Below, piece after piece: positions 1-11,473 of a DNA stretch of 64,000 bases; within the stretch, counting starts at the first letter, position 1; each line of letters opens with the position of its first letter. Source of the DNA: Eledone cirrhosa (taxonomy: Eukaryota); the NCBI GenBank assembly GCA_964016885.1, contig OZ024740.1, positions 23,994,001 through 24,058,000 of the forward strand. The letters run 5' to 3'. The position numbers and the translations under genes are program-made. Below the pieces are notes generated by a model. The model was given only the letters and a program-made list of their open reading frames with translations. It did not search any database and had not been told where the DNA came from.

Positions 1-35
1 CACACACAAATATATACAAACAAATATCTACGTAT

Positions 36-400
<365 letters not shown>

Positions 401-692
401 TTACATACAAAGGTATCCTCATTCATATTACATAAATGAAAAATGAAATTATGGAACAGATATATAATTCTGAATGAACAAATGATACAATAAAAAATGT
501 AACGAAACGAAATGGAAATAATTATAATAAAAGAAATGACGAATGCAATACTAAAATCCGAAAATAATGAGAAAGAAACCCATATGTAAATGAATCCGAA
601 AATATGTTTAAATAACTAAAAATAGTAAAGAAAATGAAAGAATTACAAAACTGGATCATTGATGAGGACTTGAGATGATTGTATCCCTTGAT

Positions 693-763
693 TTCTCTGA
701 TGAAATACACAGTTGTGTGTGAGTTATTTATTCAGCGAAATCGCTAATGTATAAGCGTGAGAA
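693..763 (+). ncRNA. Decayed hammerhead-ribozyme-like motif in a TA-flanked cassette (~400-773)
   Basis: TTCT-CTGATGA(697-703)...GAAA(737-740)-t-CGCT-loop-AGCG-T-G-AGAA. Stem I is TTCT/AGAA and stem III is CGCT/AGCG, but the triplet is GUG, there is an extra T and stem II is poor. Confidence 0.3.
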
Positions 764-833
764 TTCCTATGTCTATATATATATATATATTTATATAAAT
801 ATATATATATATATTTAATATATATATGTATGA

Positions 834-892
<59 letters not shown>

Positions 893-957
893 TATTCATA
901 TATATAAACTATGTATATATATATATGTGTGTATTCATTTATCAATCTCTATATATG

Positions 958-1010
<53 letters not shown>

Positions 1011-1023
1011 TTATATATATATA

Positions 1024-1082
<59 letters not shown>

Positions 1083-1478
1083 GTGTGTATCTGTCTATAT
1101 ATATATGTTTATTCAATTGAGCCATTGATAACGAATCTAATAGATTTCAGAATCTTATTATTTACCGCACCAATCGTTGAAATATCTATAATAAAATATG
1201 TACTTTAAGAAAAATATCATCCTTACTGTCATTCAATAACGAAACCCTGCCCAGAATGCTTTAAACGTTGATATAACGTAAATTATTAATAACATTAACC
1301 GATTACAATATGAGAATCAATAATATAATTTCGTAATAAATGCATATAATTAACACCAAGAAAAAATATTGCTTTATATTATCTTTGCTTACTTTTTTGT
1401 CTTACGTGATAGTAATAATTGAGAACAGTGTTAACAAATGAATGTTTCAACACTTAATTCGCCTACAAGTTACATGAG

Positions 1479-1753
1479 CAGGGGCCTCGTTTGCCTTAAA
1501 AAATGTGAGGGCGACAAACCAACATTCGTTGATTCTTAAAGGAGCATAAATTGCTTATGGTGCCTTTCCCGGACCCTATCACATAAGTAAAATTTTACCC
1601 TAATTAAATTTTATATATTCAAATGAAGTTCAGATATAAAAAAATAAGCTTAAAAATAATTTATTATATCAGATAATCAAAATATAGAATATAGACGTTT
1701 GTAAAAGTGGGGGATGTCTTTTCCCCTGGTACCCCCCTGAAACAAGGCCCTTG
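1479..1753. mobile_element. Non-autonomous hAT-like MITE
   Basis: Imperfect ~14-bp TIRs CAGGGGCCTCGTTT / AAACAAGGCCCTTG, flanked by an 8-bp TSD TACATGAG (1471-1478) / TGCATGAG (1754-1761). An 8-bp TSD with CA..TG ends is typical of hAT. Confidence 0.7.
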
Positions 1754-1829
1754 TGCATGAGTGAGAATAAGTGACCTTTTGCAACTGACATAACTAAATT
1801 TTAGAGCTCTTTGGAATATTTCTCCTTAT

Positions 1830-2120
1830 AGAGGCTTCCTTCGGTCAAGAATGACCATAGGATTTTCACATTACACAAGTACGAGCAAGGTTGTTTGTGG
1901 CAGGCCAGCAGTCGCCTTTGCATACCAGTCCCCTCTCTTGAGACTACTGATGTTGTCCAAGGGAAAGGCAATTAAAGCTTGACACCAGTGACATCACAAT
2001 CCACCTCCACAGCTGTGTTAACTGGGGTAACATGAAATAAAGTGTTTTGCCTAAGCATACAACACACAGCCCGACCCAAGAATTGAACTTATAACCTTAC
2101 GATTGTAAGTGCGATGCACC
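1830..2120 (-). mobile_element. Degenerate tRNA-derived SINE (family B head, different tail)
   Basis: GAAATAAAGTGT...CAACAC...AGAATTGAACT...CGATTG matches the minus-strand head of the 10078-10329 copy. Confidence 0.6.
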
Positions 2121-2304
2121 TTTACATTTTACCTTATAATTCTTTTATTGAAGCCCATTTTTAATGGAAATATTATGTGATATATTTCCAAAGGTTTAGA
2201 TGTCAGTTATGTTTATGAAATTGAAAAGATTAGTGTTTTTCTTTTCACAATATATATTGCGTACCTGTAGAAAATCTATGATTGATATTGTTCGTTATTA
2301 GCAC

Positions 2305-2560
2305 AGCCAAGCTCATGGATGTTATCCAACTATCTAGCTCGGGGTCTACCCCTGGGTCTCCTGCCGGTGAATTTTCCCGTAAAACCCGTCCAGCAATTCT
2401 TCTCTGAGACATTCTAAACACATAGCCATAGTATCAGAGCTGTGACCTCTCAATTCTGAGAAGTAGCGGCTCTACCTGGAGTGACTCTTTGTTCTCCGAC
2501 GTTCGCACTCGATCGGAGGAACCCCATTTAAGCCGCTTGTATTCGCGATCGTAACGAAAT
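2305..2560 (-). mobile_element. RTE-clade LINE 3' ORF fragment (Expander/Rex3-like), dead
   Basis: Minus-strand translation RSRIQAA*MGFLR...ESLQVEPLLLRIERSQL*YYGYVFRM...GRRPRGRPRAR*LDNI matches the C-terminal signature of RTE RT proteins; contains stops and deletions. Confidence 0.8.
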
Positions 2561-2798
2561 TGATAGGAAGATGAAACAAATTCAGAGTTTCCTGTTAGCG
2601 TCCTACAAGCGTAAATGGAAATTATTTGTTAAATTAAAATATTAACGAACTATAGAGTAATGACACTGGCAGGATGAAAGACAAGACAGAACAGGGCGGA
2701 CGCGATTTGAGCCAGGACTTATAGGTACACAGATAATTAACACAATATGTTTTGTACGAAGCTCTACCGAATGCCACTGTTGAACATTTTAAAATAAT

Positions 2799-2985
2799 TG
2801 TTTCTACTTTTGGCACAAGGCCAGCAATTATCCCAGCGCATTCCTGGCACTTTATTTTATCGACCCCGTAAGGATAAAAGGCAAAGTTAACGTCGGCGGG
2901 ATTTGGACTCAAACCATAAAGGGCCTTACCTTTTTGCTGCAAAGCATGGCGTCCAAACCTCTACCAATACTGCCAATCCACCGCC
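2799..2985 (-). mobile_element. tRNA-derived SINE family A
   Basis: Homologous to the 5105-5288 and 9619-9802 copies; TSD CATTTTAAAATAAT (2785-2798) / CATTTAAAAATAAT (2986-2999). Confidence 0.9.
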
Positions 2986-3468
2986 CATTTAAAAATAATA
3001 AAAGAGCTTCTGCTTCAACCCCTCAACCCACGACAACAGCTATTCCACAACACAACAAAAACAATCACAACAATTGTTAGAACCTCGAGGATAGTGTTTG
3101 TATATCACAGATATTTTCCATGCATTTCTATATTACATATGGTGATATCAGCAACATTAATGTATTATTAGAATAAATATAAACCATATTTAAAATGTAT
3201 ATAGATATATATTTCTCTATATATGTGCATATATATACAGTATATAAATACACATATACTTAAAAATAAGCACTGACGTATGTATGTGTATATATATATA
3301 CACACACACACATATATATATATACGTATATATGTAGAAGAGATATTTAATTTGTTGGAAATCCAACAAATATAGATGTTTATAACTGATTCAGATCACT
3401 CGACAAGTTTCTGGAGTAAGTATTCAATGATATTAAATAAATGGAAACTATATTTATTAAACCATATT

Positions 3469-3530
3469 TATTTTATTATATATATTTCAAGGGTACCAAC
3501 AATTTTGGTACGCTATCATCAGATAAAATA
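3469..3530 (-). ncRNA. Type I hammerhead ribozyme, mirror copy of 3659-3720
   Basis: Exact reverse complement lying within the palindrome. Confidence 0.8.
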
Positions 3531-3658
3531 CAAAATGTTATATAAATATTTGACATGACCAAGGATTATATACCTTAACGGTTCAAGTTATCCCTGGATA
3601 ACTTGAACCGTCAAGGTATATAATCCTTGGTCATGTCAAATATTTATATAACATTTTG

Positions 3659-3720
3659 TATTTTATCTGATGATAGCGTACCAAAATTGTTGGTACCCTT
3701 GAAATATATATAATAAAATA
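3659..3720 (+). ncRNA. Type I hammerhead ribozyme (minimal, palindromic stem III)
   Basis: Stem I TATTTTAT/ATAAAATA (8 bp); CTGATGA 3667-3673; stem II tAGcGTACCA...TGGTACcCTt; GAAA 3701-3704; TA-alternating stem III; AUA triplet ending at 3712. Confidence 0.8.
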
Positions 3721-3759
3721 AATATGGTTTAATAAATATAGTTTCCATTTATTTAATAT

Positions 3760-3839
<80 letters not shown>

Positions 3840-5104
3840 GTACACACAGAAACACACACACACACACACACATATATATAACTTGGCGGACGTGATTCGA
3901 GCCTGGGATTATAGCTACATAGATAATTTACACAATATGTTATGTATGACGCTCTACCGAACGCCACTGTTGATAGTGTTAAAAAATAAACGAGCTACTA
4001 CTTGAACCCCTCAACCCACCCAACATCCATTCCACAACACAACAATAACAATATCAACAAAGAAAACTGAGTAAATATTTAAAAAATCAAATATACATAA
4101 AAAACGGTTTCATGAGACTAAAAAAATCCATTAGTTTTAGTGATTAAATTCTTTGTTTTAATTAATTTTCAATGTGTTATATATACGGTTGATTAATTGC
4201 GAATTATCTAATTTGAATAATAATATTCTATCAGAGAAACAAATCTAAACACATTACGGGGAAGTGTGCGTTGTAAGAGTGGAGTGTAGGACGGGCGAAT
4301 GGTTGATTAAATCAGTTCAAAGTATTTGATTGGTACATTATGTTTATGTTTATTGATTATGAAAGGGATATGAGGCAAAATCGACCTTTGTAGGTTTTTG
4401 GACTTAACACTGAAAGGCAGTTTTGTTCGTTGATCAAATAATTCTGCCTCCTATCACCAATCTACTTGGAATTAAAATCTCTACCATTGATACAAGACCA
4501 CAAGATATTTTTCACAACTCTTTAGGAATTTTGAAAACCAACACTCTGTCTAGAGGTAGAATAGGAACCGTAGATGGCTGGAAAAGATGAACTCTGATGT
4601 GTAATTACTTCAACTTAAATTCTGATTTTGAATCGTGGTGTTATGATCAATTTTATCTTGCCGGTAAGAAAACTATTATTGCAACGAAAACACTAATAGT
4701 TATGGTAACTAGCAGAAAAACCACCCTCAGGGTGGTTTTCTGCTAGCAAGTGTAGTGTGCATATTGATATTATACGCAAGTATATATATATGTAGATATG
4801 ATACATCAAATAAATCGTAATTGACAATATACACATAAATTGAACGAAGGCTGTGTTACACTGTCTTATGTAATCAGTAACGTAATCCATGATACATTAA
4901 AAAAGACGATATTATATATAAATTGTATTAGGAGAAAATTAGTGACAGAAATATATGAATGTTTATTTAAGCGATCGCTAACCGGAAGTGTTGACATTTG
5001 AAAATGTGAAAGAAGTGAATCTTAAAATAACCAACAAAGTTATTTATATTTAATCATGAATAACGAAATTTTGTAGATAAATCATGTACTATTCATTCAT
5101 TAGA

Positions 5105-5288
5105 CTGGCAGTATCGGTAGAGGGTCGGACGCCATGCTTTGACGCATAGAGTTACGGCCCTTTCCATCTGAGTTCAAATCCCGCCGAGGTTAACTTTGCC
5201 TTTCATCCTTACGGGGTCGATAAAATAAAGTACCAGTAATGCACTGGGTAATTGCTGGCCTTGTGCCAAAAGTAGAAACAATTATTTA
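5105..5288 (+). mobile_element. tRNA-derived SINE family A
   Basis: A-box-like TGGCAGTATCGGTAGAG, B-box GAGTTCAAATCCC, central GCCTTTCATCCTTACGGGGTCGATAAAATAAAGTACCAG, tail CCTTGTGCCAAAAGTAGAAACAATTATT. Confidence 0.9.
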
Positions 5289-5725
5289 TTCAAAGTAATC
5301 CAACTTATTTTCCAAACGGGAAACAAAATATATATTCTGGACGCAGTCCCGCCCTCCTTACTTTATTGTAGTTTAGATTATGACTAAACATCGCCATAGC
5401 CAATTTAGTTTTCATCTTTGACGGGTGGATAAAAGCACATTTGGTCGTCTTTATAGTCGGAAATTTTTCGGATTACATCATGTGGGACACACTGTGAAGT
5501 TCTAGTCAATTACATTTGGGGGGTTGCTTCTTTTATACTACATTACTGTCACACACGGGTTTTAGACTACAGTCCCGCAAGAAAAGAAGCCACCCAAAAT
5601 ATCATGCTCTCTACTCTTCATCGGGGATGAAACTACAAACAATAATTTCTACCCAGAAAAACTATAAGCTTTCTTTGCATTTAGTCTCCCCGGACCACCA
5701 TTAGAATGTAACACACACACACACG

Positions 5726-5787
<62 letters not shown>

Positions 5788-6121
5788 TATATATATATAT
5801 ATATATATATATAGGTACTTTATTTGTTAACCAATCTAAAATTATTAATGTTCTATGAAAGAAACAGCAGACTATGATGTTAAAACAAAAATCAAACACC
5901 GGCAATCTGTATATCTCTGGTTTAACTCCGAGGTTACAGCAGCACCAAAGGTTTAAGAAGTTCACTGTTGCCCCCCCCCCCCCCCCCAAAAAAAAAAGCA
6001 ATAGAAAAACACAAGACATTTCACTCCAGCCCAAATATCGAGTCGTCAAGTATGAAATTTGTAGAAATTTGTTTTTCCTTTGCGAATTTCTACAAATCTC
6101 ATACTTGACGATCCAATATAA

Positions 6122-6245
6122 TTGTAATTGTTTCTACTTCAGACATAAGGCCAGAAATTTGAAGAGGGAGAGGAAAGTTGAGTAAATTAACCCAGTGTGT
6201 TACTGGTACTTTATTTATCGACCCTGTGAAGGATGAAAGTCAACA
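6122..6245 (-). mobile_element. SINE family A, 3' fragment
   Basis: AATTGTTTCTACTT...CTGGTACTTTATTTATCGACCC...GGATGAAAG is shared with the other copies. Confidence 0.8.
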
Positions 6246-6552
6246 CTTACATTCTCATTTATAGAGTGTAGTATTAATATTTGTATTGCTAGCTGTTTAA
6301 AACAAAGTTGAATATGTTGAATGTGGTGAATATATGTGTAAGAAATTATAGTGTATATATGTATGTAGGAATGTTTGTAACATTACTGGGTATATATTAT
6401 TTTGTATATATGTTGTGTATATATATGCGTATGTTTGTGTGTGTGAATATGTATATGGGTGTATAGGTGTGAGGTGTACTTTCTTTTTCTTACTCGATTG
6501 CGCCAAACAGATGCAACACAACACTATGACATATCACAAAGATTGAAACATT

Positions 6553-8080
6553 ACACCACACCACACTGACACACCTACTATACCACACTATACCACACTA
6601 TACCACACTATAACACACAATACCACACTATACCACACAATACCACACAATACCACACAATACCACACTATACCACACTATACCACACTATACCACACTA
6701 TACCACACTATACCACACTATACCACACCGACACACACACCTACTATACCACACTATACCACACTATACCACACTATAACACACAATACCACACTATACC
6801 ACACTATACCACACTATACCACACTGACACACACACCTACTATACCACACTATACCACACTATACCACACTATAACACACAATACCACACTATACCACAC
6901 TATACCACACTATACCACACTATACCACACTGACAGACATACACACACGTCTACTATACCACACACCACACAGACGCACACGCATACTATACCACACTAT
7001 ATCATACATGACACAGACCAGTCACACACGTCTACTATACCACACTATACCACACTATACCACACACGACACCACACTGACAAACACACACGTCTACTAT
7101 ACTACACTACACCACATTGACAAACACACACGTCTACTATACCACACTGACAGGCACACACGTCTACTGTACCACACCATACCACACACCACACCACACT
7201 GACAGACACACACGTCTACTGTACCACACTATACCACACTATACCACACTATACCACACTATACCACACTGACACACACACCTACTATACCACACTATAC
7301 CACACTATACCACACTATAACACACAATACCACACAATACCACACTATACCACACAATACCACACAATACCACACTATACCACACTATACCACACTATAC
7401 CACACTGACACACACACCTACTATACCACACTATACCACACTATACCACACAGACACACACGCCTACTATACCACACTATACCACACTGACAGACATACA
7501 CACACGTCTACTATACCACACACCACACAGACGCACACGCATACTATACCACACTATATCATACATGACACAGACCAGTCACACACGTCTACTATACCAC
7601 ACTATACCACACTATACCACACACGACACCACTCTGACAAACACACACGTCTACTGTACCACACTATACCACACACCACACCACACTGACAGACACACAC
7701 GTCTACTGTACCACACTATACCACACACCACACCACACTGACAGACACACACGTCTACTGTACCACACTATACCACACACCACACCACACTGACAGACAC
7801 ACACGTCTACTGTACCACACTATACCACACACCACACCACACTGACAGACACACACGTCTACTGTACCACACTATACCACACACCACACCACACTGACAG
7901 ACACACACGTCTACTGTACCACACTATACCACACACCACACCACACTGACACACACACACGTCTACTGTACCACACTGTACCACACACCACACCACACTG
8001 ACAGACACACACGTCTACTGTACCACACTATACTACACACCACACCACACTGACAGACACACACGTCTACTGTACCACAC
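6553..8080. repeat. Minisatellite built on the 10-mer ACCACACTAT, grading into a 52-bp unit
   Basis: Tandem TACCACACTA runs; from ~7686 the period is 52 bp (CTGACAGACACACACGTCTACTGTACCACACTATACCACACACCACACCACA). Confidence 0.95.
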
Positions 8081-8507
8081 ATACTCACATACATGGAAAC
8101 AAATAGAGAATTACAGACACAAAAAAAATGTTTATCCAAGCGTTAGTACAGTGTAGTGAAATGAAGCTTGAAGCAAACAATGTTCAACTATTTCAGATGA
8201 ATTTATACACACACTGTCACACAATCAGACACACACACACACATACACACAATCACACACACACACACACACACACACACAGTCACCCACACAAACAGAC
8301 ACAATCCCTCACATGCAAATATACGCGCACAGACCCACGCATGCACACACACACACAATCAAACGTTTGTATAGGTAAGTACATATCTTCACATATCCGT
8401 ATACAAATATACCCCTACATACATACATACACGTACGCACACACACATACACACACTCACACACATAAGCACACCCACTACTCCCCCACCCACCCACACC
8501 CACGCCA

Positions 8508-8567
<60 letters not shown>

Positions 8568-9037
8568 TTATATGTACATATAAACACATGTATATATTTA
8601 GACTGAAATATATGTTCACGTATACTTGTCTGTGTGTGTGGGTCTACGTGTGTGTGTGTACAGATGTGGGTGTTTGTATGTGTATGTGAGCCTATGTTCG
8701 TATGTGTTTATTTTTTGTGCATATATATGTTCCTATAAAAACCTATATTTGCATGTAGTGACATATAAATAAGAGTTGATATATCTTTATTATACACAGT
8801 CCCACATTCTATATAATAGTAAAAAATACTTCGAAGTTACAAAAGTCTCCCCACGCTCGATAAAATAATCGAGGCTGTTTTCAAATAACCATGCTTTATC
8901 AGGTTACTCTCTGTTTGTCTTTGTATTATCACTGGAGACCTTTGAAAACTCACTTGCAATATCTACTTCGTGCCTTGTCATTGGAACGAAATTATTGCAT
9001 TTGCTCTTAAGAGAACCTCGTAGTCACTGTTGTAGTT

Positions 9038-9237
9038 NNNNNNNNNNNNNNNNNNNNNNNNNNNNNNNNNNNNNNNNNNNNNNNNNNNNNNNNNNNNNNN
9101 NNNNNNNNNNNNNNNNNNNNNNNNNNNNNNNNNNNNNNNNNNNNNNNNNNNNNNNNNNNNNNNNNNNNNNNNNNNNNNNNNNNNNNNNNNNNNNNNNNNN
9201 NNNNNNNNNNNNNNNNNNNNNNNNNNNNNNNNNNNNN
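9038..9237. other. Assembly gap (200 N)
   Basis: Run of N; both flanks carry CACTGTTGTAGTT, suggesting a collapsed tandem repeat. Confidence 0.99.
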
Positions 9238-9618
9238 CACTGTTGTAGTTGTTATTAATGTTGTTGTTGTGGATGTTTAGCTCAGATCTGCTCTGGTGGA
9301 TTAGAAATACCTGTGATCGAATATGTTTCACTCGTGACAACCTCATCTTTGTTTCAGACATGATATATCTAAATGTAGTTTATTTAAATGACTCTTCCCT
9401 TTTTCAATATAATTGTGTGAGACATGAATGGCGGATGAGTGACCGTTATGCCAAGCATTTTCTATAACTATGTAGAACTTCCATTAATGATTGAGTTTTA
9501 ACTACAATTTAAACAAGGTCTTATTTGCAAGGCACGTGACCTAGGGTATTGGACTTGATCGTAAGTTTGTGACATCAATTCTCGAACTGTTTGTCATGGC
9601 GTGTCATTGAGAAATAAT

Positions 9619-9802
9619 TGTTTCTACTTTTGGCACAAGGCCAGCAAATACCCAGTACTGGTAGTTTATTTTATCGATCCCGTAAGGATGAAAGGCAAAG
9701 TTAACCTCGGCGGGATTTGAACTCAGACCATAAAGGGCCGCAACTCTTTGCTGCAAAGCATGGCGTCCGACCGTCTACCGATACCGCCAATCCATCGCCC
9801 TA
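9619..9802 (-). mobile_element. tRNA-derived SINE family A, young copy
   Basis: Perfect 17-bp TSD TGTCATTGAGAAATAAT (9602-9618 / 9803-9819); homologous to 2799-2985. Confidence 0.93.
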
Positions 9803-10077
9803 TGTCATTGAGAAATAATGTTCACTTCACAGTGCTACTGTGCACCTAGTTAAAACAAAAAGACTTCTAAAATGAATTAAGTTTTAAACCTTGCGACGTA
9901 CTTGACAGAGAGTTGCTTAATGACAATGAAACAAAAAAAGATTCTGACCGGGGCTTGGGAAAGACATTTACTTTACCAAATGTATACCTAAAACAGGGAA
10001 TGGTATAGTGATTTTGCTAAAATTATTTCGAATCAGATTCCATTAGTAATAGTATATACATGTGGCAGAAAGCCAGT

Positions 10078-10329
10078 TTTGTTGTTGTTACAACTCACAC
10101 CTATGCAGGTTTACCTGGCCTCCTCCAAGGTATATCTCGTTGGAGGTTTCTTGGATAATTTAATGATAGGGACCCCAGTCCTATCTAATTTCTACAGCTA
10201 AGTAAACTGGAGCAAGGTGAAATAAAGTGTCTTTATCAAGAAAACAACACATCACCCGGTCCGAGAATTGAACTCACAATCTTTCGATTGCAAGCCCAAT
10301 GCTCTAACCACTAAGCCATGCGCCTTCAC
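10078..10329 (-). mobile_element. tRNA-derived SINE family B
   Basis: Reverse complement of 10890-11147, including the (CAA)n tail. Confidence 0.9.
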
Positions 10330-10529
10330 AAAACCAGTAATTTGAAGGGAAGGGGAAAAGTCGATTAAATTGACCCCAGTGCGTAACTGGTACTTTAATT
10401 TATCGACCATGTAAGGTTGAAAGGAAAAGCCATTTTCGGCGGGATTTGAACTCAGAACATAAAGGGCCGTAACAATATGCCACAAATCATGTTGTCCGAT
10501 GTTTTAATGATACTGCCAATCCACCGCCC
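10330..10529 (-). mobile_element. SINE family A (longer variant)
   Basis: CTGGTACTTTAATTTATCGACC...GGCGGGATTTGAACTCAGA...CTGCCAATCCACCGCCC. Confidence 0.85.
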
Positions 10530-10889
10530 TGGGGATTCCGCTAATAATGAATATATTCAACAACAGTCTTGTTGGATTCAAAGCACTCTTATGTTTAAGA
10601 TATACGTTTAATGTACTAAATGTGGTAAACTGAATATTCTTAAGGGGAATTTCCTTTAATAAAATAGCAGAAAACGTGACGTGGTGGCAATTGTTTTACC
10701 GACTCTCAAATATAAAATGGGAAAATAATAAAAAAAAAATATGGATTAACTTTTCAAATTAGTTCATGTTTAGGAAGAGGAGAAGTTCATATTTGCTGGA
10801 CACTTATGATAAAAAAAATATGAGATTCGAAACCAAATTACCAACAATAGATTTTATTTAAGTAAAAGGTCCTCCACCGGTTTCGCTCA

Positions 10890-11147
10890 GTGAAGGCGCA
10901 TGGCTTCGTGGTTAGAGCATTGGGCTTGCAATCGAAAGATTGTGAGTTCAATTCTCGGACCGGGTGATGTGTTGTTTTCTTGATAAAGACACTTTATTTC
11001 ACGTTGCTCAAGTTTATTCAGCTGTAGCAATGAGACGATAGGACTGGATCCCTATCATTAAATTACCCAAGATGCCTCCAACGAGATATATCTTGGAGGA
11101 GGCCAGCTAAACCTACATAGGTGTGAGCTGTCACAACAACAACAACA
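10890..11147 (+). mobile_element. tRNA-derived SINE family B
   Basis: GTGAAGGCGCATGGCTTCGTGGTTAGAGC (A box), GAGTTCAATTCTC (B box) and a (CAA)n tail. Confidence 0.9.
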
Positions 11148-11430
11148 GCCGGTTTAGCTCAATGGTAGAGTGTCCATTTGAAGGTAGAGCGTACTTGTGG
11201 AACTAAGGAGGCTGATGTTGAACATTTTACAAATATGTGTACACTTAAAGTAATTCTCAGGAAGATTCAGAGTGGGTGACACGGCTGGACCTTTGAATTA
11301 CAGGACCAATTTAGGCGCCAGGCATCAAACAGTTTCCGTCTTCCTAATTTAAATCAAATGGCTTGGATCAACTAAACACTATGGTAAATCATACCGTCTA
11401 AGATGCCAGGCACTTGAGACGTACGAGTGC
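11148..11430. mobile_element. Mosaic of old SINE fragments
   Basis: tRNA-like 5' half GCCGGTTTAGCTCAATGGTAGAG followed by degenerate SINE-body-like segments; no complete cloverleaf. Confidence 0.45.
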
Positions 11431-11473
11431 GAGGTGAGCTGGTATTGAGGTCAGTGATTTAGCTTCACCGTAA

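Larger units (their letters stand above)
3425..3764. repeat. Near-perfect palindrome (169-bp arms, 2-nt loop, 1 mismatch) in a TA-flanked cassette; probable Penelope pLTR with inversion
   Basis: Arms 3425-3593 and 3596-3764 are reverse complements; the same peptide appears on both strands in the ORF track. Confidence 0.95.

Noticed and set aside
5874-6185. 103-aa ORF with PPPPPKKK
   Set aside because: It is driven by C and A homopolymers and runs into a SINE fragment; no homology recognised.
8978-9361. Exon spanning the N gap (Thr-rich end TTTVTTRFS*, AATAAA at 8786-8791 on the minus strand)
   Set aside because: The frame cannot be followed through the gap, the Thr frame right of the gap is preceded by TAA, and there is no recognisable domain.
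11148-11200. tRNA gene
   Set aside because: Only an A-box/D-arm-like 5' half is present, with no T arm or acceptor stem; SINE heads elsewhere are likewise not tRNA genes.
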